A DNA stretch of 61,027 nucleotides, the filler included. It is 7 parts of 7 records of this genome, joined end to end, with 100 filler letters (N's around TTAATTAATTAA, not from the genome) between each part and the next. Parts side by side here need not be neighbours in the genome. Positions count along the whole stretch, not along the records: positions 6,465 to 17,298 come from SRR2962707_5156; positions 17,399 to 27,615 come from SRR2962707_5160; 5 more parts are not named here. The stretch is one strand, 5' to 3'. Positions 13,101-23,709 of this stretch are shown piece by piece. The translations under genes were made by a program, and so were the position numbers. The first letter of the stretch is position 1. Each line of letters opens with the position of its first letter. The notes under the pieces are model-generated. The model did not search any database. It was not told where the DNA came from and saw nothing but the letters and a program-made list of their open reading frames with translations.

Positions 13101-16100
13101 CCGCGCTATTTACAGAAGCACTGGGGGCATGGCGCGCCTTCAGAAGCACATCGAGGCTAGAGTCGGACAGCAATGGTACTCCGTGGCGCTCCGCATGCAC
13201 CGTAGGCGCAGAAACAGCAGTCCTCGCTTCCTCGTTCCGGGTTGCTTTCGCGCGGACTGTCGGTGAGGGCTTCTCCTCCAAGTTATTCCCGTTCATACCG
13301 TCGCTGCCGCCCTCAGATGTACCGAGTGCCAAAGGCTTCAGAAGTCGGGCCATACGAACCTGAAGACAGGCAACCCGTTGTACATGATCGTTGCCGCGAC
13401 ACGGCGAGACAAACGAACAGTTCTGGCATCTCAGCCAGCGACCTGCAACGCACTCGAACATTCTGAACAAACGCGTTTGGGCCAAACACGTGACCGCTTT
13501 TTAAAGCCTCACTTAATCCGTGAAAAGTCATCATCACCTACACAACGCAAACCAATCAATAAAAGTGCAACCAGAGCCGCGCTGACATCATTGTGACCAA
13601 TCTGCGAACACTTACGTCAACAGCAAGGATGGCTAACACTTGCACTTCCGGCAGGCAATTGCGTCCGAAGAATTCATCGTCCAGCACCTGCACAAAAGCG
13701 TTGGTCACGAAACCAACATGTGGAGGCGAGTTGGTGCCATGCTAAAAATATAACTCACCTTGGTCAACACGGCATCCAAGTCAAACGTGCTGATAATTTG
13801 AAGCATTGTCGAATCCGCATTGCTAAAAGCAGCAGCGCCAGCAGCAGTTTGTGTGTTGATGGACGCACGCAGTGATCGCGAGACTGATTCTGATTCCGCG
13901 TCCTGCCCCACACTTTCTGATTCCAAGTCGTGCTGGTCCAATACAGGCACCCGAAACACGCCACTTGAAGGACGCTCATTTTTGTAGAGCCGAGCTGCAT
14001 GGACTTCCGTGGATTGCCGCACATCTTCCAGAACTTGCCGAATGGCACGTCGCAGCATGATTGTGTCATGCGACATGTCTTTCAGCCGAATCTGCAACGA
14101 AAACCGAACAAACGGCGCGGGTTACATGTCGCGCTTACGTGATGGCCTGGCATTAACGCAGACGAAATGGAGTTTGACGAACAATCTTGAGCCGACATGA
14201 GGCTTTTTGCACAGCTGCCGCAAGCTGTTTACGGCTTGTAACAGGAGTGCCGTTGACCGCTACAATTGCATCGCCAGGATGGATCCCGCAGGTGCCAAGA
14301 AGAGATTGACCGGACTCTAATGATTGCACCACAACATGTGGGATAGACAGCAAAGTGTTCGGCACTTTTACACCCAATGGCTCCTCATGGAACTCAAGCA
14401 CCATCTCGTGGCCCATCTTCGGTAGAACAACAAAAAGCACGGTGCCCACGTGATTTCCTCAAAAACATCGCGACAGCGGCACAAGAACATGAAAAAACAA
14501 TCACAAGCTGACCTCTAGGATTGCTCCAAGCCGTTGATCCTCAAATTCTTTTTGTACGTCAACATCAAAATCGTCGCCGTTCTCCAGCGCACGTATCAAT
14601 TGTGATTTTGTGCGAAGCACCTGCTCAGCTTTAGGGTCTCGCAGCATGTCCACGACTTCAGCCGTAGTAAACGCTAGGTTGTGAAGAACGAAATGCGCCT
14701 GACGCTGTGCTTCGCCTCTAGCAACCCGCATATTTCCTAGAGTCCGTTGCAGAAGCGTGCAAATCGGAGGCGCCCAATTCACAAGCAATTCGCGCTCGGA
14801 CACATGCGAATCCATGCAGAAATCCGCATTGGTATTTCACGAACCTGCTGCATGTGCAGCTTGCTGAAACAATGCCCTTGCTTCTGAATCAACCAACTGA
14901 TTCCACATCGACGGTTGCGCTGACTGGTGTCGCTCCGACAAAATAAGTTCGACTGGTCGATACAACTTTTTTGACGTTTCACTTGAGGTCGCCCTTGCCT
15001 GCACGGCGAACAGCCAGGTCATGTAGCCACCGAGACGCCACAGTCAGCCAAAGCCCTCCCCCAACCCCATCAGCCGACTGGATTCGATGCAATCTCAAAC
15101 GAACCATTTCAGCTTTTCGCACTGCACGAAAAGTGCCTGTAACTTCTCGATGTGTTCTACCCGCCGCACTGAGTGCAGTAGCGGCGTCGAGGGCAAATTC
15201 TGCGTCAGTACTCGCTCGAAGCGAACGGACGGCAGCTCGCTCGGCTTGACGAGCAGCTCGCGCCGTTGTCTTTGCCGTTTGTTCTTTGGCAGCAGCATCA
15301 GCGGCGGCAGCTTCGGCGGTCGCTGCGAGCACTTCTGTGTCCGGGAGCTCAAAGTGGTACCTGGACATCAAGCGCGCCCAATACCGTGGATTCGGTTGAA
15401 AACACCGTGCAAGGGCAGAAAAAATGACAACAAGCGCTCATACTCACCCTTTGTGAAACACAAACGAAGACCCGGATTCGAGCCGCACAACTTCCTCGAC
15501 TTTCACTCGAGCGATTGCCTCCTCCACATCTTCTTCAGCCTCAGCGGCTTGCGCATTCAGGCGTTTACTCAATGTCTTTAGGGTCTGTGCCTGCTGTCGA
15601 CTGTGGCGCCGTAACTCCACCAAGTCTCGAGCGTCGGACAACGCTTGGCACACGCTCGAAATATTCGGCAAACGAAATAGATAACGGCGGATTCCATCTA
15701 TGAGACCAAGCGATCGCCATTCCTCTTTCTGCGCACGCTTTCGCAGTTCCCGAAATCGCTCGACTCTCGCAGTTTTTTTGCGAATAAGATACGCGATTGG
15801 CCGTTGCAAAGAATCTGCATGAAGCGCGTGGTGCTTCTCAAAATCGGCCTTCATTGTGCAGAAAGCAAAAATGTAGAGCCCCAAATTCGATTTCGGGAAA
15901 AGTGTCAGGCAAGAATGGCCAATTCGAACGAACTTCCAACAATTGACCAACGCACGCGACAATCTCAGCAACAATAAGAACACAGGCGGGCCATTGCGCG
16001 ATCGAGCAGCCAACCTTGGAGTGTAAGGTGTCCAAGTACGATTCGTCGTCAGGCGGCCAAGCCAATCCTGGAGAATCAAAAACATACGGGGCGAGCACAT

Positions 16101-17125
16101 CGCTGTCTTTGCATTCATACGCGTTCCGCCACGGAAGATCGCTGCAGCATTTCCGCTTGAAGCAACGGCGAAATGTGTCCAGCAATCCCAGATCTTCGAT
16201 TGCGGGGACTGCGCGTTCAAAAGCCTCGGATGAGCAGTAAAACACAATCTGACGCAGCGACCTATCGAGTTGAAAGAAAGCGGACTGAGCAAGCTCCTGC
16301 AACATCAATCGCCACACCAATCCGCGGGCAGAATTGTACGCACCGAAGCAGTTCATGGGAGTTGATAGGGTCACGGTCCATGTTCGTTTCCTCTGGCGTA
16401 GGTTCGCGGAGAAGAAGTCGACTGTGCTCTTGCTCAGCCTCACGAACAGCCTTCTCCACAGCCACGGTTGAGACGCCGCCAAGAAACCCCCCCTCGGCGG
16501 TCATGGAATTGTTGCGGCTCTGAGCAGCTGACGATGCAGCTGAGCTGTTCGGAGTGGTACGACCGGTGACTTCCTCCACCACGTCAAAAGACAAAGCGTA
16601 AGACCCACGCGCGTTGAATGACAAGGAGGTGCTGTGCCCTCTCAGAGGCTGTGGTCTTTGGACACTCTCAATTTCTTCAGCTACCGCAGTGTCACCCCCT
16701 GTCTGCTCTTGCAGGCGGGTCTCGTTGTTTTGCAACGAACCATTGGCATCTGCTTGCTCACTTTCGTAAAACTGTCTGATGTTCGTCAAAAATTCTTGCA
16801 CCGCAGGGGCGGGCGAGGCTCTGGCAGAGACGGCAGCGTTGAACGAAGGTTCAGGTTGCGTGTGAGGTTCGTTCTCCGTGTGCTTGACCTCGTTTGGAGT
16901 CGCGCCATCGCGCGCTGAGGTTTCCTGTCGCTGAGTGTCTGCACCGCTGGCAGTAGAGTCTGCACCGGCTGCTTCGACACCACGAATCGCGAGTCGTGCG
17001 CCAGTCACTTGTTCTGGTGCATTGCGGTCGTCGCCAACGATGATTGGTGCTTCCCCTTCGCCTGGCTCTTCGTGGAGTGGACTCTTCTGCCGACCTGGGC
17101 GGTCAACCGAGGCCGCGCTGCCCAT
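7114..17125 (-). CDS. Very large multi-exon eukaryotic gene (possibly more than one) of unknown function, with N-terminal MGSAAS and an internal PDZ-like domain
   Basis: Chain of long minus-strand ORFs (16262-17152, 15838-16482, 14979-15371, 14501-14815, 14153-14449, 13705-14097, 12189-12965, 11708-12313, 7114-9900) separated by short apparent introns. ATG at 17125 gives MGSAAS. PDZ-like segment LEFHEEPLGVKV...GIHPGDAIVAVNGTPV at 14153-14449. Confidence 0.5.
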
Positions 17126-17283
17126 GCTCGGAACGAGACTGGGCAATGTCAAATCACCGAGTCAAAAAGCCCCATCCCATGCCGAAAACACGCACACACA
17201 CACACACCGCGTTCAAGAAGGCATGCTGGTTGCTCTCTGTGAATGTCGAGAAAGTTGCAAAAGGAGTTCGTGTGAGGTATGAG

Positions 17284-17298
17284 AGATCGGAAGAGCGT
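17284..17298 (+). other. Untrimmed Illumina adapter remnant at the contig end
   Basis: AGATCGGAAGAGCGT, the start of the TruSeq read-2 adapter, directly before the N spacer. Confidence 0.9.
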
Positions 17299-17398
17299 NN
17301 NNNNNNNNNNNNNNNNNNNNNNNNNNNNNNNNNNNNNNNNNNTTAATTAATTAANNNNNNNNNNNNNNNNNNNNNNNNNNNNNNNNNNNNNNNNNNNN
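17299..17398. other. Artificial contig-join spacer
   Basis: N44-TTAATTAATTAA-N44. Confidence 0.99.
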
Positions 17399-17414
17399 CA
17401 ATCGTCTTGGACAT
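17399..17414 (-). CDS. glnA: First codons of glutamine synthetase type I (truncated by contig edge)
   Basis: ATG TCC AAG ACG ATT (MSKTI) with a GGAG RBS. Divergent from typA, the usual gammaproteobacterial glnA/typA arrangement, and downstream of a sigma54 promoter with NtrC boxes. Confidence 0.65.
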
Positions 17415-17550
17415 TGTGCATGCTCCGTAAGGTTTTACATGTTCGTTGTGCCGGATCGTTCAGTGTTCTGAGGCCCGATCTTTTTTCAGGTCAGGGAAGC
17501 TTACCAGAAGCTTGTGGTCCTTACCTTCACTATGCGGCTGCTTTGGCATA

Positions 17551-17567
17551 AGCAATCGGCTTGCCAG
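17551..17567 (-). promoter_or_regulatory. Sigma54 (RpoN) -24/-12 promoter directed at glnA
   Basis: Minus strand reads CTGGCAAGCCGATTGCT, matching TGGCAC-N5-TTGC spacing (one mismatch). Confidence 0.85.
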
Positions 17568-17651
17568 TTTTTGTCGGCTGCGCCAGAACAGCGCAGCGAC
17601 AAGGCTTTCGGGCTAATGTGGCGCAGCTTCCTGGCCGAAGACCATGCTTAT

Positions 17652-17711
17652 TGCACCACTGCGGTGCACCATGGTGGTGCAAGTTCTCTGATAACGCATA
17701 ATTATGGTGCA
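17652..17711. promoter_or_regulatory. NtrC enhancer: three TGCACCA-N3-TGGTGCA-like boxes
   Basis: TGCACCACTGCGGTGCA (17652-17668), TGCACCATGGTGGTGCA (17665-17681, perfect) and CGCATAATTATGGTGCA (17695-17711), about 85-145 bp upstream of the sigma54 promoter. Confidence 0.85.
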
Positions 17712-17807
17712 AGCCCCGATTGGTTACATATTAGGCACTAATCTTCATATTATCGCCATGGACTTTTCGATATACTGCGCGCCGCTAATTTCTTCAGGAT
17801 ACCCGTT

Positions 17808-19619
17808 GTGATTGATAAGCTTAGAAACGTTGCCATTATTGCCCACGTTGACCATGGCAAGACTACCCTGGTTGACCAGCTGCTGCGCCAGTCTGGCACG
17901 CTGGACCGGAAAGAGCTCGAAAACGAGCGTGTAATGGACTCCAACGACCAGGAAAAAGAGCGTGGTATTACCATTCTGGCAAAAAACACTGCTCTAAAAT
18001 GGAAAGACTACGACATCAATATCGTAGACACCCCGGGCCACGCTGACTTTGGTGGTGAAGTAGAGCGTGTAATGAGTATGGTGGACAGTGTGCTGCTGGT
18101 GGTGGATTCCATCGACGGCCCCATGCCGCAAACCCGTTTCGTGACTCAGAAAGCTTTCGCAGCGGGCCTGAACCCGATTGTGGTAGTGAACAAAATTGAC
18201 CGTCCGGGTGCCCGCCCGGATTGGGTGGTGGATCAGGTGTTTGACCTGTTCGACAACCTTGGTGCCACCGATGAGCAGCTTGACTTCCCGATAGTCTATG
18301 CCAGTGCGCTGAACGGCATCGCCGGCATGGATCATGAGAATCTGGACGACAACATGGACGCCGTGTTCCAGGCCATTGTTGATCATGTGCCAGCGCCTTC
18401 GGTTGATCTGGATGGCCCGTTCCAGATGCAGATCTCCCAGTTGGACTACAACAGCTTTCTGGGTGTCATCGGTATCGGTCGCATTATGCGCGGTAAAGTG
18501 AAGACCAACACCCCGGTGGTGGCTATCGGTGCCGACGGCAAGAAGCGTAACGGTCGTATCCTGAAAATCATGGGCCATTCCGGCCTGCAGCGTGTGGAAG
18601 TTGAAGAAGCCCAGGCTGGCGACATTGTGTGCGTGAGTGGCCTGGACCAGCTGTTCATTTCTGACACCCTGTGTGATCCCTCCAACGTAGAAGCCCTTCC
18701 GGCGCTGACCGTTGACGAGCCCACTGTATCCATGACCTTCCAGGTAAATGATTCACCGTTTGCCGGTAAAGAAGGCAAATATGTGACCAGTCGGAACATC
18801 AAGGAGCGCCTGGAAAAAGAGTTGCTGCACAACGTAGCGCTGCGGGTTGAAGAAGGCGACTCGGCCGACAAGTTCAAGGTATCCGGCCGTGGTGAGCTGC
18901 ACCTGTCGGTTCTGATCGAGAACATGCGTCGCGAAAACTTCGAGCTGGCCGTGGGGCGGCCGGTGGTGGTCATCAAGGAAGTCGACGGCCAGAAGCAGGA
19001 GCCGTACGAAAACGTGATCATCGACATCGAAGAGCAGCACCAGGGCCCGATTATGGAGCAGATGGGGCTGCGCAAAGGTGACATGACTAATATGATCCCG
19101 GACGGCAAGGGCCGTATCCGCCTGGAATACACCATTCCGGCTCGTGGCCTGATCGGTTTCCGGAACACTTTCCTGACCATGACTTCCGGTACCGGCATCC
19201 TGACCTCCACCTTTAGCCACTATGGCCCGGTGAAGATGGGTGACGTAACCAGCCGTCAGAACGGTGTCATCGTTTCCATGGCTACCGGTACGGCGCTGAC
19301 CTACTCCCTTGAAACCCTGCAGAGCCGGGGCAAGCTGTTCCTGGACCCTGGCCAGGAAATCTATGAAGGCCAGCTTTGCGGAATCCATAGCCGTGATAAC
19401 GATCTTGTGGTGAACCCCACCAAGGGCAAGAAGCTGGACAACATGCGTGCCTCTGGAAAGGACGAAGTGATCGGCCTGGTGCCGCCCATCAAGTTCACTC
19501 TGGAGCAGGCGCTGGAGTTTATCGACGATGATGAACTGGTTGAGGTCACGCCCAAGTCGATTCGTCTGCGCAAGAAGCTCCTGACCGAAAACGAGCGTAA
19601 GCGCGCTAACAAGAAGTAA
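17808..19619 (+). CDS. typA: Translational GTPase TypA/BipA
   Basis: [47 protein letters not shown]-terminal [13 protein letters not shown]; 603 aa. Confidence 0.98.
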   Translation: MIDKLRNVAIIAHVDHGKTTLVDQLLRQSGTLDRKELENERVMDSNDQEKERGITILAKNTALKWKDYDINIVDTPGHADFGGEVERVMSMVDSVLLVVDSIDGPMPQTRFVTQKAFAAGLNPIVVVNKIDRPGARPDWVVDQVFDLFDNLGATDEQLDFPIVYASALNGIAGMDHENLDDNMDAVFQAIVDHVPAPSVDLDGPFQMQISQLDYNSFLGVIGIGRIMRGKVKTNTPVVAIGADGKKRNGRILKIMGHSGLQRVEVEEAQAGDIVCVSGLDQLFISDTLCDPSNVEALPALTVDEPTVSMTFQVNDSPFAGKEGKYVTSRNIKERLEKELLHNVALRVEEGDSADKFKVSGRGELHLSVLIENMRRENFELAVGRPVVVIKEVDGQKQEPYENVIIDIEEQHQGPIMEQMGLRKGDMTNMIPDGKGRIRLEYTIPARGLIGFRNTFLTMTSGTGILTSTFSHYGPVKMGDVTSRQNGVIVSMATGTALTYSLETLQSRGKLFLDPGQEIYEGQLCGIHSRDNDLVVNPTKGKKLDNMRASGKDEVIGLVPPIKFTLEQALEFIDDDELVEVTPKSIRLRKKLLTENERKRANKK

Positions 19620-19738
19620 TCCCTCAGGGGCTGGGAAATCGTTGTGAGGCGGTAAACGCTTCCGCCTGTTTTTCTGGCCCCTGTATTTTTCTCGCCTGTC
19701 TCAGCTAGACTGCCGTTATCCCCGAAACGGAGTTTTTC

Positions 19739-20701
19739 ATGCTGACCCTCTATCCTGAAATCGAGCCTTACGCCCGCCACCGACTGGCGGTGGATCATCC
19801 CCATGAGCTGTACCTCGAGGAATCCGGCAATCCGGACGGAATTCCGGTGATTGTCGTTCATGGCGGGCCGGGTGGCGGTTGTGAGGATTACCACCGGCGC
19901 TTTTTCGATGCTGAGCGTTTCCGGATTATTTTGCTGGATCAGAGAGGTGCCGGAAGATCGACCCCGTTGGCCGAGCTGGAGGGTAACAGCACAGACAAAC
20001 TGGTTGAGGATCTTGAGGCGGTTCGGCATTTTCTCGGCATCGATCGCTGGTTGCTGTTCGGGGGAAGCTGGGGATCGACGCTAAGTCTGGTTTATGCCGA
20101 GACCCACCCTGACCGGGTTCTGGGGTTGGTGTTGCGGGGTGTCTTTCTGTGTCGGCCCCGGGATATTCACTGGTTTTATCAGGACGGCGCCAGCCGGGTA
20201 TTCCCGGATTACTGGCAGGATTACCTTGCCCAGATTCCGGAGGTGGAGCGCGACGATATGGTGGCGGCCTACTACCGGCGCCTGACCAGCGCTAATGAGC
20301 TGGAACAGATTCAGGCCGCGAAAGCCTGGTCCGTCTGGGAAGGGCGGTGCGCCACTCTGCATCCCAATCCCAAGGTGGTGGAGCATTTTGGGCATCCTCA
20401 TGTGGCCATAGCGCTGGCCCGGATTGAATGCCACTATTTCATGAATAATTCGTTCCTTGAGCCCGACCAGATCGTGCGTGATGCCTCGCGGCTAAAGGAC
20501 ATTCCGGGCGTGATTGTGCACGGCCGCTATGACATGGTTTGCCCGCTGGATAATGCCCTGGCTCTGAGCAAGGCCTGGCCGGAGGCGGAGCTTCAGATCA
20601 TTCGTGATGCCGGCCACTCGGCATCCGAACCAGCGATTGTAGATGCCCTGATGCGGGGCGTTGAGAGTGTGGTTGCCAGAAGTCTTCCCTCAGTTGGCTG
20701 A
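19739..20701 (+). CDS. pip: Proline iminopeptidase
   Basis: HGGPGGG, DQRGAGRS, nucleophile motif GGSWGS, GRYDMVCP, DAGHS. Confidence 0.95.
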   Translation: MLTLYPEIEPYARHRLAVDHPHELYLEESGNPDGIPVIVVHGGPGGGCEDYHRRFFDAERFRIILLDQRGAGRSTPLAELEGNSTDKLVEDLEAVRHFLGIDRWLLFGGSWGSTLSLVYAETHPDRVLGLVLRGVFLCRPRDIHWFYQDGASRVFPDYWQDYLAQIPEVERDDMVAAYYRRLTSANELEQIQAAKAWSVWEGRCATLHPNPKVVEHFGHPHVAIALARIECHYFMNNSFLEPDQIVRDASRLKDIPGVIVHGRYDMVCPLDNALALSKAWPEAELQIIRDAGHSASEPAIVDALMRGVESVVARSLPSVG

Positions 20702-20808
20702 GAATGCGACTTTTTATTGATCTGACAGGGTTGCGGTGGTCTTGCGGGCTCTATACACTTTTCGCGTTTCAGAAATTTAACCTTCGGTGTTACCGCTCAA
20801 GGGACTGA

Positions 20809-21279
20809 ATGAAAGGACTGATCCAGCGCGTTTCGGAAGCCAGTGTAGCCGTAGATGGTGAAACGATTGCCCGTATTGGTCCCGGGCTGCTCTTGCTCCT
20901 TGGCGTAGAAAGGAACGATACACTGAATGAGGCAAAGGAACTGTGCCGAAAAATCCTTTCCTACCGGGTTTTCCCCGATGAGCAGGGCCGGATGAACGTG
21001 AATGTTCAGGATGCCGGTGGCTCATTGCTTGTTGTCCCCCAGTTTACGCTTGCTGCTGACACGTCATCTGGCACGCGCCCGGGTTTTTCCCTGGCGGCTG
21101 CACCGGAGCTGGCGAATCGGCTTTATGGTGACTTTGTGGCTGAAGCGAGTGGGCTGCTGGGTGCTGGACGTGTGGGTACGGGGGAGTTTGGTGCTGATAT
21201 GAAAGTGGCACTGATCAACGATGGTCCGGTTACCTTTATGTTGGAATCTGGCCAGAGAGGGTCGTGCACAAAAATGTGA
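20809..21279 (+). CDS. dtd: D-aminoacyl-tRNA deacylase
   Basis: [43 protein letters not shown]. Confidence 0.95.
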   Translation: MKGLIQRVSEASVAVDGETIARIGPGLLLLLGVERNDTLNEAKELCRKILSYRVFPDEQGRMNVNVQDAGGSLLVVPQFTLAADTSSGTRPGFSLAAAPELANRLYGDFVAEASGLLGAGRVGTGEFGADMKVALINDGPVTFMLESGQRGSCTKM

Positions 21280-21742
21280 CGCAGTTGCCAGCAGTGCCTC
21301 ACGAAAGTGCGTGATTTGAGGTATTGTTTTGTGGCTTTCAGCTGAGGAAGCGTTGAGCGTAAGATAACCGGTTGTTTTTCAGATTTTTTTGGTTATCTGG
21401 CCCTGAATTTGTTGCGGAAATGGGAGAGGTTGTTAGTCCAGGCTGATCTAACGACAAAGGTTACGAATGCAAATGGGGCTAAAAAATAGCCATTAAAAAT
21501 TTGCAAAAAATGGCACATTGTATTAAAACAGGTTCATCACGCAGAGCTTTAATAAAGCTGTGTAAGTGGTTGAGATCTAAGGCAAGCGTGCTTGTCTTAT
21601 AAAAAGAAGAAAAGCTGTTCCCGCAGGAATGACAGGGGCCAGTCAGATACCCGGCAGGCAGAGCCAAGCGTTGTGCCCGCCAATAAAAATCGGGATTTAG
21701 ACCCGTCGAAAACCTGAGTTAACTCAAAAAGGAAGACGCAAC

Positions 21743-22753
21743 ATGAAAAAAACGATTCTTGCTTCTGCTATCGCAGCTGCAACCTTCTCTGGCGCTGCCA
21801 TGGCACAGTCTAATCTGTCTGCTGCTGAGCTGGCTGCCAAGATGGATTCCATGCCGAGCGTTTACGGTAACATTCAGTATGCTATCGCTCACGAAAACAT
21901 TGACGGTGGCGACTCTGAGCTGAGCCACTTTGACAACGGAACCACTCTGGGCGTTAAGCACGACCACGAAATCGCCCCGGGCGTTACCGGTTTCTTCAAG
22001 CTGGAGCTCGACGGCTTTGGCGCTGATGAAAAAGACTCCGATGGCGCGAACATCGACGAAGCTTACATCGGTGTTAAGGGTGACAGCTTTGGCCAGGTAT
22101 GGGTCGGCTCTGACGACTCCCTGTACGAGTCTGCGATTGATCAAATCGCAAACTTTTACGAGATCGGTGCAAGCGCTGGCGGTTCTTACAGCACTGGTGA
22201 AGGCGACCTGGTTCAGTACGTGTCTCCGTCCTTCGGTGGTCTGACTCTGGGTGCGGCTGTTCAGATCAATGGTGACGGTGAGTCTCAGGGTGCTGATAAA
22301 TCCTATCCGTATCAGCTGGCTGCAATGTATGAAGTTGATGCTCTCGAGCTGGCCTTTGCTATTGACTCCAACGATAATGGCGACGGCAACAACGAGAACA
22401 CCTACGGTCTGCGCGCCGGCTACAACCTGGATAACCTGTCCGTTTCTGCAGAATACCAGACTCGTAAAGACGTGAGCGATGTGTTTGGTGTTATGGGTGT
22501 TTACACTCTGGGCGCTAACCAGTTCGCACTCTCTTATGAGATGGTTTCTGACGACACAGACGCAGAAGACGATTACGACATCATCACCCTGCAGGCGCTG
22601 CATAACGTATCCGACCACATGTACGTTTACGTAGAAGGTTACCTGCAGTCCAATGACGAAGACTCAATCAATGAGTTCTTTGCTTCTGGCAATGCCTCAC
22701 CTGCTGGTGACGAGCGTGCCATCGCAGCCGTTGGCGCTGTTTACTACTTCTGA
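21743..22753 (+). CDS. Gram-negative outer-membrane porin
   Basis: Signal peptide MKKTILASAIAAA..AMA, amphipathic beta strands, C-terminal VYYF, strongly biased (highly expressed) codon usage. Confidence 0.9.
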   Translation: MKKTILASAIAAATFSGAAMAQSNLSAAELAAKMDSMPSVYGNIQYAIAHENIDGGDSELSHFDNGTTLGVKHDHEIAPGVTGFFKLELDGFGADEKDSDGANIDEAYIGVKGDSFGQVWVGSDDSLYESAIDQIANFYEIGASAGGSYSTGEGDLVQYVSPSFGGLTLGAAVQINGDGESQGADKSYPYQLAAMYEVDALELAFAIDSNDNGDGNNENTYGLRAGYNLDNLSVSAEYQTRKDVSDVFGVMGVYTLGANQFALSYEMVSDDTDAEDDYDIITLQALHNVSDHMYVYVEGYLQSNDEDSINEFFASGNASPAGDERAIAAVGAVYYF

Positions 22754-22782
22754 TCAGCTAATAAGCTAGTCAAGTAGTATCG

Positions 22783-22818
22783 AAAGCCGGTGACTCTGTC
22801 ACCGGCTTTTCTGTTTTT
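22783..22818 (+). terminator. Rho-independent terminator after the porin gene
   Basis: AAAGCCGGTGAC-TCT-GTCACCGGCTTT followed by a T-rich run. Confidence 0.85.
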
Positions 22819-22848
22819 ACAGGAAGAGAAATCATCAGGAGCGTTTCA

Positions 22849-23709
22849 GTGGCCACGGAACTTGAAGTAAAGCTGACCCTGTCAGAATCCGCGCAGTCCC
22901 GGGCCTTCGAGTGGCTCAAAGGTCGACCGGGTGCAAGCGAAGGTCCGGTCAAAATACTGGTCAATCGCTACTACGACACCCCGAATGCCGGGTTAAACCA
23001 GGCCCGTGCTGCGTTGCGAGTCCGTCAGGCCGGTGATCGGTATATCCAGACCTTGAAAACCCAGGGCGAGTTCGTAAACGGAGCCCATCGCCGCCAGGAG
23101 TGGGAGTGGGATCTGCCGGGGCCGGATCTGGATCTTGGGCTTTTAGAGCAGACGCCATTGAGATCTCAGGTCGACCTTGACGAATTGGAGTTGGTATTCG
23201 AGACCAACTTCCGGCGGCGTATTATCATGCTGGAGCAAGCGGAGTCTGTAATTGAGGTCGCTCTGGACTCAGGCGAAGTGGTGGGTGGAACGCGGGCAAG
23301 GCCTCTTCATGAGGTGGAATTTGAGCTGAAAGCGGGAGAGCCTGCAACGCTGCTTGAAAACGCCCGTGCTCTTGCGCAAGCGGTCCCGGTTTTTCTTAAC
23401 CTGGTAAGCAAAGCCGAGCAAGGTTACTACCTTGCCGGAATCTACTGCCCGTCGCTGCTGCTGCCCGCTTCCGGATTCAGCTCGGTATCTTTTCTGCATT
23501 ATCTGAGTCAGGCCTGGTTAACCGGTGACACGATGCGTCTGCCCGCAAGCGCGCTTGCGAAGATTGAGCCGCAGGTGGAAGCGGCCGGACTATTGCCCGT
23601 TTGGAGGCCGGTAGCCAAGGCGCTGGAAGCCGGAATTACGGTGCCGACCCTGGTTGAGCAGTTTCCTGAATTCGGTCAGTTGCAACTAGCGCTCGCTGCC
23701 GCCGGCTGA
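22849..23709 (+). CDS. CYTH-domain (triphosphate tunnel metalloenzyme, YgiF-like) protein
   Basis: ExExK motif ELEVKL, N.YYDTP, ALRVR, QTLKT, EVEFELK, SKAEQGY. Confidence 0.9.
   Translation: MATELEVKLTLSESAQSRAFEWLKGRPGASEGPVKILVNRYYDTPNAGLNQARAALRVRQAGDRYIQTLKTQGEFVNGAHRRQEWEWDLPGPDLDLGLLEQTPLRSQVDLDELELVFETNFRRRIIMLEQAESVIEVALDSGEVVGGTRARPLHEVEFELKAGEPATLLENARALAQAVPVFLNLVSKAEQGYYLAGIYCPSLLLPASGFSSVSFLHYLSQAWLTGDTMRLPASALAKIEPQVEAAGLLPVWRPVAKALEAGITVPTLVEQFPEFGQLQLALAAAG

Noticed and set aside
17994-20029. Several 190-250-aa minus-strand ORFs over typA and pip
   Set aside because: Entirely overlap well-supported genes in GC-rich DNA.
21510-21530. TGGCAC upstream of the porin as a sigma54 promoter
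   Set aside because: No TTGC at the required -12 spacing.
21719-22618. 299-aa antisense ORF opposite the porin
   Set aside because: Mirror-frame ORF typical of highly biased genes; no RBS or recognisable domain.
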